This document shows, piece after piece, positions 9,874 through 18,499 of a stretch of 64,000 nucleotides of DNA. The notes under the pieces are model-generated. The model did no database searches, was not told the origin of the DNA, and worked only from the letters and a program-made list of their open reading frames with translations. The stretch spans positions 42,712 through 106,711 of the forward strand of contig DASWML010000001.1 of NCBI GenBank assembly GCA_036399795.1, given 5' to 3'. The position numbers and the translations under genes were made by a program. Each line of letters starts with the position of its first letter. Positions within the stretch are counted from its first letter, which is position 1. The stretch is from Flavobacterium sp. (GTDB lineage Bacteria > Bacteroidota > Bacteroidia > Flavobacteriales > Flavobacteriaceae).

Positions 9874-10980
9874 TTAATCCTGAACCTGTTGGACTTTTGA
9901 AAGCGATTTCTGAAAAACAGATTGCAACAATCCTGCGCGATGGTCGTAAGTATGCGCTGCCAACACTTTCTTATAGGCTGCGCGACCGATTTTCCATGCT
10001 TTTTCGATGGTAAGGCCTTCAAGAATTTTTATTACCTCTTCCCCATCGCGTGCTACAATAATCTCTTTGCCCGGCTCAAAAAAGTGATCAATTCCTTCCC
10101 AATAATCAGTGATGATACAGGCTCCGGCTCCGGCGGCTTCAAAAACCCTTGTTGCCGGTGAAAAGCCATATTTGGCCATGCTGTCGCGGCTGATGTTGAG
10201 TACGGCGCGTGGTGTCGCGTTAAGTGCATTATGGTCTTTCGTATAAACATGCCCGATGTATTCAACGTTATCGCTCATCGGCTTGTCGGCCCATCCGCTT
10301 CCGCCCAGTATAAATTTGTATTGTGGGAGTGCCGCTGCGGGTTTCAGAAAAAACTCTTCGACACGTTGTTCACGATCAGGAAGTCGGTTTCCGAGAAATG
10401 CGAGGACACAATCAAAGGAAGACTGGGGTTTCTCCGGAAAATGCGTATCGGTATCAAGGGCATTGTAAACCGGGATACATTTTTTTGCGCCTTTCTTTTC
10501 ATAAGCATCTATCACCGGTTGTCCGCCGCCATAAGTCAGGATGAAGTCGTATAACGGGATCAGCTTGTTGAACTGGTCCTCAGGATGCTGATCAATACGA
10601 TCCAAGGTTGCCGGCGCATCGACATCCCAGAAAATAATAAGATTATCTTCGCGTTTCAGCATGGTAACTTCCCTTTCCAGCAATTCATCAAACGCTCCGA
10701 CACCGCTGGCCTTAATGATGACATCGGCAGACGAGGCCTCGAGAAGATGGTGTCTTACAATTTCAGGATCATCCTCATAGACCACAACGCGGCACCATTC
10801 AGGATTGTCTATGTCGCGGTGTTTCTGGCGCTCATAAATATCCGGTTCATAAAAGGTGACTTCATGGCTCATTTTGTTCAACGCTTTTACAATTCCCCTG
10901 TAATAAGTAGCCGCGCCATTCCAGTATGCCGAAACGATACTGGATCCGAAGAAAGCTATTTTAAGCTGCTGATCTTTCAT
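9874..10980 (-). CDS. GT-B glycosyltransferase, CgeB-like (paralogue 2 of 3)
   Basis: It carries SAYWNGAATYYRGIVKALNKMSHEVTFYE and FEAAGAGACIITDYWEGI. Its ATG overlaps the upstream stop codon (ATGA). Confidence 0.8.
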   Translation of the reverse strand: MKDQQLKIAFFGSSIVSAYWNGAATYYRGIVKALNKMSHEVTFYEPDIYERQKHRDIDNPEWCRVVVYEDDPEIVRHHLLEASSADVIIKASGVGAFDELLEREVTMLKREDNLIIFWDVDAPATLDRIDQHPEDQFNKLIPLYDFILTYGGGQPVIDAYEKKGAKKCIPVYNALDTDTHFPEKPQSSFDCVLAFLGNRLPDREQRVEEFFLKPAAALPQYKFILGGSGWADKPMSDNVEYIGHVYTKDHNALNATPRAVLNISRDSMAKYGFSPATRVFEAAGAGACIITDYWEGIDHFFEPGKEIIVARDGEEVIKILEGLTIEKAWKIGRAAYKKVLAAHTYDHRAGLLQSVFQKSLSKVQQVQD

Positions 10981-12104
10981 ATTTGTATGGTTTTATTCTT
11001 TAATGAGTTGACATTGTCTTTTATACCAAGTGCGGCAGCAACATTCTCCAGTTCGTCAACACGGTGCGCACAGGTATGCCTTGCCAGAATAGTTTTCCGG
11101 CCGTGTGCTGCTAATTTATTTGCTGCTTCAGTATCTGAAAGAAGATACTTTATGCTTTCAGTCATTTCACGACCATTCTTTACGGATAAATAATCTTTCC
11201 CTGTAGTAAAAAGGTTTTCGGTGTCGGCCCACGGCGCAGAAATAAGCGGAATTCCACATGCCATCGCCTCGAAAGGACGGATTGTCGGAATTCCAGGAAG
11301 CATCTTTACATATGGGCCGCGTGGTACATGAATGGTGAGTTTATATTCAGAAAAAACTTCAGGAACTTTATAATTTGGAAGCCATCCGCCATATTCAATG
11401 CCAGCGTTTTTCAATGCTTTAAGCGCTTCATCAGGATAACGTACGCCATAGACTTTTGCTTTCAGTCCAAGCTCCTTTACAGGTTTTATCAGGAATTCGT
11501 TAAGTTCGTCCTTTCGCTCATTATCACCCCAATTGCCAATCCATACCAAGTCACCTTTCTTTTCGCCATTTATCGGGTGGAAAAGATCGGCATCTGCAGC
11601 TTCGTGCCAGGTCCAGACTTTAGAGATCCATTTTTTTTGCTGATAGATCTTCTGGATTATATCGCCAAAAACAAGCGCTCCGTCATAGTTTGAAAAATCA
11701 TATTTTGCAATTCCGGCTTCATCCGACACCGCGCGATGATGCGTATCGTGGAATATCAGCTTAAAACTGTACTTGATCTTGATCCTGCCGATTTGCGACA
11801 CCAGCGCGTGATCGTTCCATTCGTGCACAAGGACAAGGTCGGCACCAATGAAAACATCTTCTTCTATAGGTTTGGTCGGATTATAAGAAACAGATTTTAA
11901 CCCGGGGTAATATTTCTCAAATTCCTTAAGAGGCTGTTTGCCATGATCCTTAACCAGATTCTCTAGGCTCCAGCTATTTTGAGGTTCAAAAACCGTTACA
12001 TCATGACCGCGTGACAGCAGTTCTTTTACCGTACCGCGAAGAAAATGTGCGTTGCCATGATTCCAGTCGGACAACAGTGAGTGATAAAATAAAAGTATTT
12101 TCAT
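10977..12104 (-). CDS. GT-B glycosyltransferase, CgeB-like (paralogue 1 of 3)
   Basis: It carries SDWNHGNAHFLRGTVKELLSRGHDVTVFE and FEAMACGIPLISAPWADT. There is an ATGA overlap with the upstream GT4 gene. Confidence 0.8.
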   Translation of the reverse strand: MKILLFYHSLLSDWNHGNAHFLRGTVKELLSRGHDVTVFEPQNSWSLENLVKDHGKQPLKEFEKYYPGLKSVSYNPTKPIEEDVFIGADLVLVHEWNDHALVSQIGRIKIKYSFKLIFHDTHHRAVSDEAGIAKYDFSNYDGALVFGDIIQKIYQQKKWISKVWTWHEAADADLFHPINGEKKGDLVWIGNWGDNERKDELNEFLIKPVKELGLKAKVYGVRYPDEALKALKNAGIEYGGWLPNYKVPEVFSEYKLTIHVPRGPYVKMLPGIPTIRPFEAMACGIPLISAPWADTENLFTTGKDYLSVKNGREMTESIKYLLSDTEAANKLAAHGRKTILARHTCAHRVDELENVAAALGIKDNVNSLKNKTIQI

Positions 12105-13192
12105 AAAGTTTGGGATATAGCTTTATATTTTGCGGCCTTTTTGTAGAGCGACATGTATTGGTTTGCCATCAGTTTTGTATCATACCGTACAGCACGCTCT
12201 TTTGCTTTTAGAGAAAGCCGTTGTCGCAGGTTTTTATCTGAAACCAGTCTTGAAAGTGCCTGTAATGCCTCGTCTTCCTTGTGCGGATCGAAGTACACGG
12301 CTGAGTCGTTCCATATTTCCAATAAAGTATCAATTCCCGACAGCGCCAGCGCACAGCCTGCTTTTGCGGCTTCCAGTACCGACAGACCAAAAGGCTCATA
12401 CTTCGCCGGATTGATGTAAATTGATGCTTTTGCCATCCATTGACGGATTTCATCCGGATTGAGTGTACCAAGAAGCACAATATTTTGATAAGTTTCAGTT
12501 GCATCTCCGTTATCTCCGGCTATAAAAAGCGGCCATGGAAGCCTGCCTGCAATTCGCGAGAGCATGTGTATATTTTTGGCTTCGTCCCAAATCCTGCCTG
12601 CGCAAAAGATAAAAGGTTCCTTGGGAATACCGCTGGGAATATTAATGTTCCGGGCGTTGTTGATAATTGAAGTGTTTTCAATCTTTCCGTAAAAGCACTC
12701 AGCCTGCAGTTTTATTGCTTCTGTCGGAAATACAACTGCATCCGAATTGGCCAGCGCCGAAGCGACCAATGCGCCATAACGTTCCCAGGCAGCGGGCGCA
12801 TTTTCGTTTTTAACTGCTTGCCACCATGTAAGCACGCAGGAATGGAAAACAGTGATTACGGGACAATCCCAATCGTAATTGACCTGTCCGTAGTTATTAA
12901 AGTGCATCATATCGGGCTTTATATCTTCATAAATTGAAACCAGCCAATCCTGTGCGAGATCCACATCTTCCCAGGGTTCATGCATCCATTCAAGTTTGAA
13001 TGTACTTTGATGCAAGGTTACATTCGGAAGCTGTTCCGCCTGTTTCCGCTGATGGCTGTCTGGATATTTCCCCATCACAGCCAAATGCACTTCAACATCA
13101 TAGGGAAGCAACGCCCTGCAGAGGTCGATGCAGTACGTCCATACGCCGCCAATACTGTCGGCGGTCATTAAAATCTTAAGACTGCCTTCCAT
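12101..13192 (-). CDS. glycosyltransferase family 4 (GT-B, retaining type)
   Basis: The N-terminus is ILMTADSIGGVWTY. The E-x7-E region is YEPFGLSVLEAAKAGCAL. The ORF overlaps the upstream gene by 17 nt. An alternative ATG at 13168 would remove the overlap. Confidence 0.8.
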   Translation of the reverse strand: MEGSLKILMTADSIGGVWTYCIDLCRALLPYDVEVHLAVMGKYPDSHQRKQAEQLPNVTLHQSTFKLEWMHEPWEDVDLAQDWLVSIYEDIKPDMMHFNNYGQVNYDWDCPVITVFHSCVLTWWQAVKNENAPAAWERYGALVASALANSDAVVFPTEAIKLQAECFYGKIENTSIINNARNINIPSGIPKEPFIFCAGRIWDEAKNIHMLSRIAGRLPWPLFIAGDNGDATETYQNIVLLGTLNPDEIRQWMAKASIYINPAKYEPFGLSVLEAAKAGCALALSGIDTLLEIWNDSAVYFDPHKEDEALQALSRLVSDKNLRQRLSLKAKERAVRYDTKLMANQYMSLYKKAAKYKAISQTL

Positions 13193-14198
13193 ATATACGG
13201 TCGATTATACGTGCTGTTTTTATAAATTCGGATGCCGATTGCGCGTCGTAACCCTGGCCTGCGAGCAAAGCTTCTGCCCATACAATACCGGCGCGGCCAC
13301 TCCAGTTGTCTTCACCTGAAAAAAGAATTTCCGTTTGCGTCCCCGTGTATTTTTCGGCAGTGAAATCATAAAAAGAGCCGTTGATGTTTTTGAACGCGAC
13401 GCCGCCGCCTGTTCCGTAAAAACGTGCTTCAATCACGGCGTCTTTCCCTGCAGAAATATTCCAGGAGCATTGCAGGTTTATCGTCACATCGTTTTCGGTA
13501 GTCATCATCACCGACGCGAAATCTTCAGCGGTTTCTTCCGGATTTTCAATTATTTTTCCCTGATGGTATAGTCGGCTTCGTACCTGCGCGATTTCTGGAA
13601 AGCCAAGACACCATAATGCAGTATCGACCAAGTGGATACCAAGATCCATAACACAACCGCCACCGGATTGCTTTACATCATAAAACCAGGATTTGTCGGG
13701 ACCATAAGCATTATGGAAGATCAGTTCGGCGGCGTATATTTTGCCGATTTCGCCTGAAGAGACCATTTCATGTACTGCGCGCATCGCTTTTGTATGCCGG
13801 TACGAAAGGTCGACAGCCAGAAACTTTCCGGCTTTTGCCGACGCTTCGGTGATGGCTTTTACTTCTGCTGCTGTCCGCCCGAGTGGCTTTTGGCAAAAAA
13901 CGTGTTTTCCGGCATCAAGCGCTTTTAATGATTGTTCCGCATGTAACGCACTTGGTGTTGCGATGACAATGCCATCAATATCTTCGTTGGCAACAGCTTC
14001 TTCAGGTGAGTTTGCAACAGTTGCTTCGGGAACGGATAAAAGGGCCTGCGCCGCATTTTCGGCTGAAGGTTCAGAAATCACTGCTGCGGTTGCCAAACCG
14101 GAATTTATGAGGACTTCCATGCGGTTCCTGCCGATCCATCCAACACCGATAAATCCTAACGATAGTACTTTTTTTTCTTCTGCTGTTACTGTGCTCAT
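13176..14198 (-). CDS. Gfo/Idh/MocA family NAD(P)-dependent oxidoreductase
   Basis: The N-terminal Rossmann motif is LGFIGVGWIGRNRM. CQKPL and typical C-terminal alpha/beta domain features are present. There is an ATGA overlap with the upstream gene. Confidence 0.8.
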   Translation of the reverse strand: MSTVTAEEKKVLSLGFIGVGWIGRNRMEVLINSGLATAAVISEPSAENAAQALLSVPEATVANSPEEAVANEDIDGIVIATPSALHAEQSLKALDAGKHVFCQKPLGRTAAEVKAITEASAKAGKFLAVDLSYRHTKAMRAVHEMVSSGEIGKIYAAELIFHNAYGPDKSWFYDVKQSGGGCVMDLGIHLVDTALWCLGFPEIAQVRSRLYHQGKIIENPEETAEDFASVMMTTENDVTINLQCSWNISAGKDAVIEARFYGTGGGVAFKNINGSFYDFTAEKYTGTQTEILFSGEDNWSGRAGIVWAEALLAGQGYDAQSASEFIKTARIIDRIYGRQS

Positions 14199-15211
14199 GA
14201 ATTGATAATTAACGCTTTTATGAATCCGTCGGGGCGGTTTTTTAGATAATCGAATGCCTGCTGCGCCTCATCCAGCGAAAAAGTATGGGTGAAGAATGGG
14301 AACGGATCCATCTTTCCCGCTTCAATCGCCGCGACCGCATCGCAGATTCCCTTTATATATTGCTGCGGATCACGCTCATGTGCGCTGATCAGGTCGATAC
14401 CGCGCCAGTTCAGCATTTGCATGTTTACATTCCGCATTCCGTCCTGATGGAAACCGGCCACGATGAGCCTGCCACGTTCTTTTGTGAGTTCGATGGAAAG
14501 ATTCAATGGCCATTCTTTACCGGTAGCTTCAATTACTTTATCGCAAAAGTTGCCGTTGGTAAGTTGCCTGACTTTTTCAATTATTTTATAATGGTCCTCC
14601 ATCGGAACCAGATGATCGGCCCCGGCATCGTTTGCCGCTTCGAGTGAGGCGTTTCTTTGTGAGATGGCAATTACTTCTGCACCCGCCGACTTTACCAATT
14701 GTATCAGTAAAAGGCCGAGGAAACCGGCACCTACAATGGCTACGGTGTCACCTGCTTTAATTTCGCTTCGGTTAAAAATGTTCATCGCACAACCCAAAGG
14801 TTCACCGGGGAAAGGCTGACTTTGCAGAAATTCGGGTAGCTTTACGGCGTGATCAGCTTTTGTAATGTCATATTCTGCATAAGCGTTGTATGAAAGACAT
14901 GAAACTCTGTCTCCTATCTGAAATCCGGAAACCGAATTGCCAATCTTATCGACAATTCCCCAGCCTTCATGTCCCGGATTTCCCGGCGCAACGGGATAAG
15001 AAAACCATTCCCTGCCTTCCCAAACCGGAATGTTTGAAGCGCAAACACCTGAACCTTCAATACGGATGCGGATCTCACCTTCAGACGGCTCCGGAATCGG
15101 CAGATCTTTTATTTCAATAGTTCCGGGTGCTGCAATCACAGCGGCTTTCATGGTTTTTACGTCTTTTAAAATGGAAGCTTTGAGCGTCCCCGAAATTGTA
15201 GCGCCGTTCAT
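14195..15211 (-). CDS. zinc-type medium-chain alcohol/polyol dehydrogenase
   Basis: GSGVCASN and GHEGWG form the catalytic Zn region. GAGFLGLLLIQL is the nucleotide-binding motif. There is an ATGA overlap with the upstream fusion gene. An internal ATG at 15151 (MKAAVIA...) is an alternative start. Confidence 0.8.
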   Translation of the reverse strand: MNGATISGTLKASILKDVKTMKAAVIAAPGTIEIKDLPIPEPSEGEIRIRIEGSGVCASNIPVWEGREWFSYPVAPGNPGHEGWGIVDKIGNSVSGFQIGDRVSCLSYNAYAEYDITKADHAVKLPEFLQSQPFPGEPLGCAMNIFNRSEIKAGDTVAIVGAGFLGLLLIQLVKSAGAEVIAISQRNASLEAANDAGADHLVPMEDHYKIIEKVRQLTNGNFCDKVIEATGKEWPLNLSIELTKERGRLIVAGFHQDGMRNVNMQMLNWRGIDLISAHERDPQQYIKGICDAVAAIEAGKMDPFPFFTHTFSLDEAQQAFDYLKNRPDGFIKALIINS

Positions 15212-17235
15212 ATTGCCACGGCTTTAGGGGTTTTGTCTTTCTCGGGCAATTCGATTCCGCGGGATTCACAGAGCCATTGCATCAGCGCTTCAATCCCTGT
15301 GTCGACCGAATATTTTTGTTTCCAACCGGTCGCTTTTCTGAATTTCGAGGTGTCGGAAACATAATATTGCTGATCGCCGGTGCGCCATCCTTCGAATGAA
15401 ATATCCATTTTCCGGTCGGTTTTTTCCTTGATGATATCGAGGATCTCAATCAGGCTGATGGTATTTTTCGGGCCTCCGCCGATATTGAATACATTTCCGG
15501 AAACTTTATCCATATTGGTTGAAGCAAGGATGAATGCGTCAACCAGGTCTTCAACAAACAGAATATCGCGAACCTGCTTTCCGCTGCCATATATCACAAC
15601 AGGTTTGCCTTCGAGCGCACGGATGAGGAAATGTGCTACCCAACCCTGGTCTTCAGTCCCGAACTGATGCGGCCCGTAGATGCAGCTCATCCGGAAAACC
15701 GCGGTTTTGAGTCCGTATGAACGAGCGTAATCCAGAATATATTGGTCGGCTGCGCCTTTGGAACATCCGTACGGACTGTGGAAATCCAGCGGGCGGGATT
15801 CATTTATCCCATTATTCCTGAAGTATTCATTCTCAGGATAATAACGTGTATCACTTGCTTTCAGGCTTAAATCTTCAAGATCGCCATAAACCTTATTGGT
15901 CGATGTGAAGATAAGCTGTGGTTTGTGCCTGGTTTTTCGAATGGCTTCGAGCAGATTGAAAGTACCTTCCATATTTACCCTGAAATCGTGATCAGGATTT
16001 GTAAGGGATGAAGTCACGGCAACCTGTGCAGAAAAATGGAAGATCTGCACGGCATTTTTGACGCATTCCTCAAGCACTCTTTTTTCGCGGATGTCGGCAA
16101 TCTGGATGATCAGGTTTTTTCCGAATTCACTCTTGAGCCACTGTAGGTTTTGTTCAACCCCGGCGCGGGAAAGGTTGTCATAGATCATGACTTTCTTGCC
16201 TTGTCCGAGCAATCGTGCCGCAAGGTTGGTTCCGATAAATCCGGCGCCACCGGTAATTAAAGTATATTTTTCCTCATTTTCGTCAAACGTGTATCGTTTT
16301 GAAATGTAATCATGTTTGCGGATGTTCTTGATTCCTTCCCGCTCGAGAAGATTGTAGAGCAGTTTCGGGGTTCCATCGTGCTTCTTTAGTCCGAAATAAT
16401 AATCACGTTCGTCGAGATGGAATCCGCCGACGGTCGGGATGGCCGGATCAAGATCGTTCATGCTGTACCAATAAACCCTGTCGGCGTTGGCGCTGATGAC
16501 TTTTTTGAATTCTTCATACTGCTTGACTTCGTCATTCTGCCATGTCGAAAATCCGGCTTCAGAAATCCATATTTCCTTTTTCAGATTGTTCCTGTCGAGC
16601 ACATCGCGGACTTTCTCAAGGTTCTCTTCCCAACTTGTCCATTGCTGGTCATAAACATCAGGAAAACCATGAATACCGATGGCATCTATATATTCGAGGA
16701 CACCTTTATCGTGCATGGTCTGCAACCAGTTCGGGTCAATCGGGCTCATTCCGCCAAGCAATGTCTTTTTCCCCTTCACCCTGGCCCAATTTGCTGCCAT
16801 TCCGACCATTGACGCAAATTTGGTCCATGAATAATCGAGCGTATAATCATATTCAATGATATTGTTTGGCTCGTTCCACAATTCGACCCATTCAAAGTGG
16901 TCTCCATAACGTGTGATGATGACATCGATGAAATCGGCATAGGCTTTCGGGTCTTTCGGCGGCGCGGAGATTTTGTCCGCTTCGGCAATGGAAGGCGGCG
17001 TATAAAGAAAACATGGAAGGATTTCGAAATGTTTGCTCAGTTCAGGGAACAGCCAGTCGTACCATTCTTCAGTGTTTCTCTGATGCCAGTCGGCCCACGA
17101 AATTCCGGTGCGGACATGACGGAAACCTGCCTTTTTAATATCTTCAATTGCCTGTTTAACCTGCTCATAATGACCGGGCCTGAACCATTCCAATATTCCT
17201 ACTACAGGTTCATCTGCTTTGTGTATCGTTTTCAT
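15208..17235 (-). CDS. fusion protein: N-terminal clan GH-A (TIM-barrel) glycoside hydrolase plus C-terminal extended-SDR NDP-sugar epimerase (CDP-tyvelose/paratose 2-epimerase-like)
   Basis: Residues 1 to about 305 carry ELWNEPN (candidate acid/base E122) and IWISEAGF (candidate nucleophile E226). The spacing of about 104 residues is typical of clan GH-A. Residues from about 325 to 675 carry TGGAGFIGTNL (Rossmann) and YGCSKGAADQY (YxxxK). It is a single uninterrupted 675-codon ORF. Confidence 0.8.
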   Translation of the reverse strand: MKTIHKADEPVVGILEWFRPGHYEQVKQAIEDIKKAGFRHVRTGISWADWHQRNTEEWYDWLFPELSKHFEILPCFLYTPPSIAEADKISAPPKDPKAYADFIDVIITRYGDHFEWVELWNEPNNIIEYDYTLDYSWTKFASMVGMAANWARVKGKKTLLGGMSPIDPNWLQTMHDKGVLEYIDAIGIHGFPDVYDQQWTSWEENLEKVRDVLDRNNLKKEIWISEAGFSTWQNDEVKQYEEFKKVISANADRVYWYSMNDLDPAIPTVGGFHLDERDYYFGLKKHDGTPKLLYNLLEREGIKNIRKHDYISKRYTFDENEEKYTLITGGAGFIGTNLAARLLGQGKKVMIYDNLSRAGVEQNLQWLKSEFGKNLIIQIADIREKRVLEECVKNAVQIFHFSAQVAVTSSLTNPDHDFRVNMEGTFNLLEAIRKTRHKPQLIFTSTNKVYGDLEDLSLKASDTRYYPENEYFRNNGINESRPLDFHSPYGCSKGAADQYILDYARSYGLKTAVFRMSCIYGPHQFGTEDQGWVAHFLIRALEGKPVVIYGSGKQVRDILFVEDLVDAFILASTNMDKVSGNVFNIGGGPKNTISLIEILDIIKEKTDRKMDISFEGWRTGDQQYYVSDTSKFRKATGWKQKYSVDTGIEALMQWLCESRGIELPEKDKTPKAVAI

Positions 17236-17245
17236 GTTTCCGAAT

Positions 17246-18355
17246 TTAGACCGTTAAACCTCTCAATGCCAGCTCCTGGTTTGCCTGACTCACGCTGTCA
17301 ACAGCAATCTGGCCTTCAAGCCATCCGGCAAGTTCCCTGAGTCCGTCCTCGAATTTGATCCGAGGTTCAAAACCCAGCACTTCCCTTGCTTTTGTGAGAT
17401 CGGCGAAGCAATGACGGATGTCGCCTACGCGGTACTTTCCGCTGACTTCAGGAGCAATGTCTTTTTGCATTACATTGGCAAGTTTGTCGGCAATTTCACT
17501 AACAGTATATTGGTTTCCGCTTCCGATGTTGAAGACTTCCCCATTAGCCTTTTGAGATTCAAGTGCAAGGCGGCAGGCGCGGGCAACATCTTTTACATGA
17601 ACAAAATCGCGTTTCTGGTTTCCATCCTCAAACAGGATCGGCGGGTTATTGTTGAGCAGCCTGGAGGCAAATATCGCCAGAACGCCGGTGTATGGATTGG
17701 ATAGTGCTTGGCGTGTTCCGTAAACATTGAAGAATCGCAATGCAGTGGTTGGAATGTTATAGGCTGAGCCGGTGATAAGACAAAGGCGCTCCTGATCATA
17801 TTTCGAAAGTGCATAGACAGAAGACAGATTGGGCTTTTTCTCTTCGGGCGTGGGCTGTGGCGTCAGCATCCGGCCTTCATCAGCAAGTTCCCACTGATGG
17901 TTTTTCAAATCAGCAAGATTCCGGCTGCATTCCTGTATTTTTCTGCCGGTTCCATCGGTATAAAGTCCCTCACCATAAATACTCATGCTCGATGCCACAA
18001 CAAGTTTCTTCACGGGATTTTCAATAAGTGCTTCCAGCAGCACAGCCGTACCAAGATTGTTCACATCGGTATAATCGCAGATCTGGTACATGCTCTGGCC
18101 TACGCCGACCATAGCCGCAAAATGGAAAACGGCATCAATTCCCTCAAGTGAGCGCTTGACCGCATTTTTGTCCCGGATGTCCCCGATGATGAGTTCGGCT
18201 TCTGGATTAAGGTATTCCGGGCGAGAAGCATCGGGACCGTGTACCTGTTCGGAAAGGTTGTCAAGGATCCTGACGTTGTAGCCGCTCCGTAGCAATTCGT
18301 CGGCAAGGTGAGAACCGATAAAACCGGCTCCGCCTGTAATTAGGATGTTTTTCAT
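17246..18355 (-). CDS. NAD-dependent NDP-sugar epimerase/dehydratase (extended SDR)
   Basis: MKNILITGGAGFIGSHL and YALSKYDQERL (YxxxK) are present. The start was trimmed from 18427 to the ATG at 18355, which places the Rossmann motif at the N-terminus. It is the first gene of the nine-gene operon. Confidence 0.85.
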   Translation of the reverse strand: MKNILITGGAGFIGSHLADELLRSGYNVRILDNLSEQVHGPDASRPEYLNPEAELIIGDIRDKNAVKRSLEGIDAVFHFAAMVGVGQSMYQICDYTDVNNLGTAVLLEALIENPVKKLVVASSMSIYGEGLYTDGTGRKIQECSRNLADLKNHQWELADEGRMLTPQPTPEEKKPNLSSVYALSKYDQERLCLITGSAYNIPTTALRFFNVYGTRQALSNPYTGVLAIFASRLLNNNPPILFEDGNQKRDFVHVKDVARACRLALESQKANGEVFNIGSGNQYTVSEIADKLANVMQKDIAPEVSGKYRVGDIRHCFADLTKAREVLGFEPRIKFEDGLRELAGWLEGQIAVDSVSQANQELALRGLTV

Positions 18356-18491
18356 AGTTATTGGTTTGTTTAAGCCGAATATTCTGTCATCCCGGAGAGC
18401 TTGGTGCAAAAAAAATGGTACAGACATCTGTAGAAGCAGATTCTGTAAACGCCTTTTTTTGCTGGAGCAGGAACAACAAAATGTTCTATTA

Positions 18492-18499
18492 CAAACTTA
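18492..18499 (-). promoter_or_regulatory. candidate Bacteroidetes -7 promoter box (TAAGTTTG on the minus strand) for the nine-gene operon
   Basis: It matches TAnnTTTG and is the only exact match I found in the 365-nt divergent intergenic region on this strand. It would imply a leader of about 130 nt. Confidence 0.3.

Noticed and set aside
18356-18427. N-terminal extensions in the ORF track (for example 18427, 8891, 30721, 35248, 35885, 38235, 44304, 59683, 22103, 21649 and 2724)
   Set aside because: The extensions precede the conserved family N-termini (a Rossmann motif at residue 5-10, signal peptides and so on). They often begin with TTG or GTG, overlap upstream genes, or contain the gene's own -7 box or an upstream terminator. 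All were trimmed to the internal ATG or GTG.
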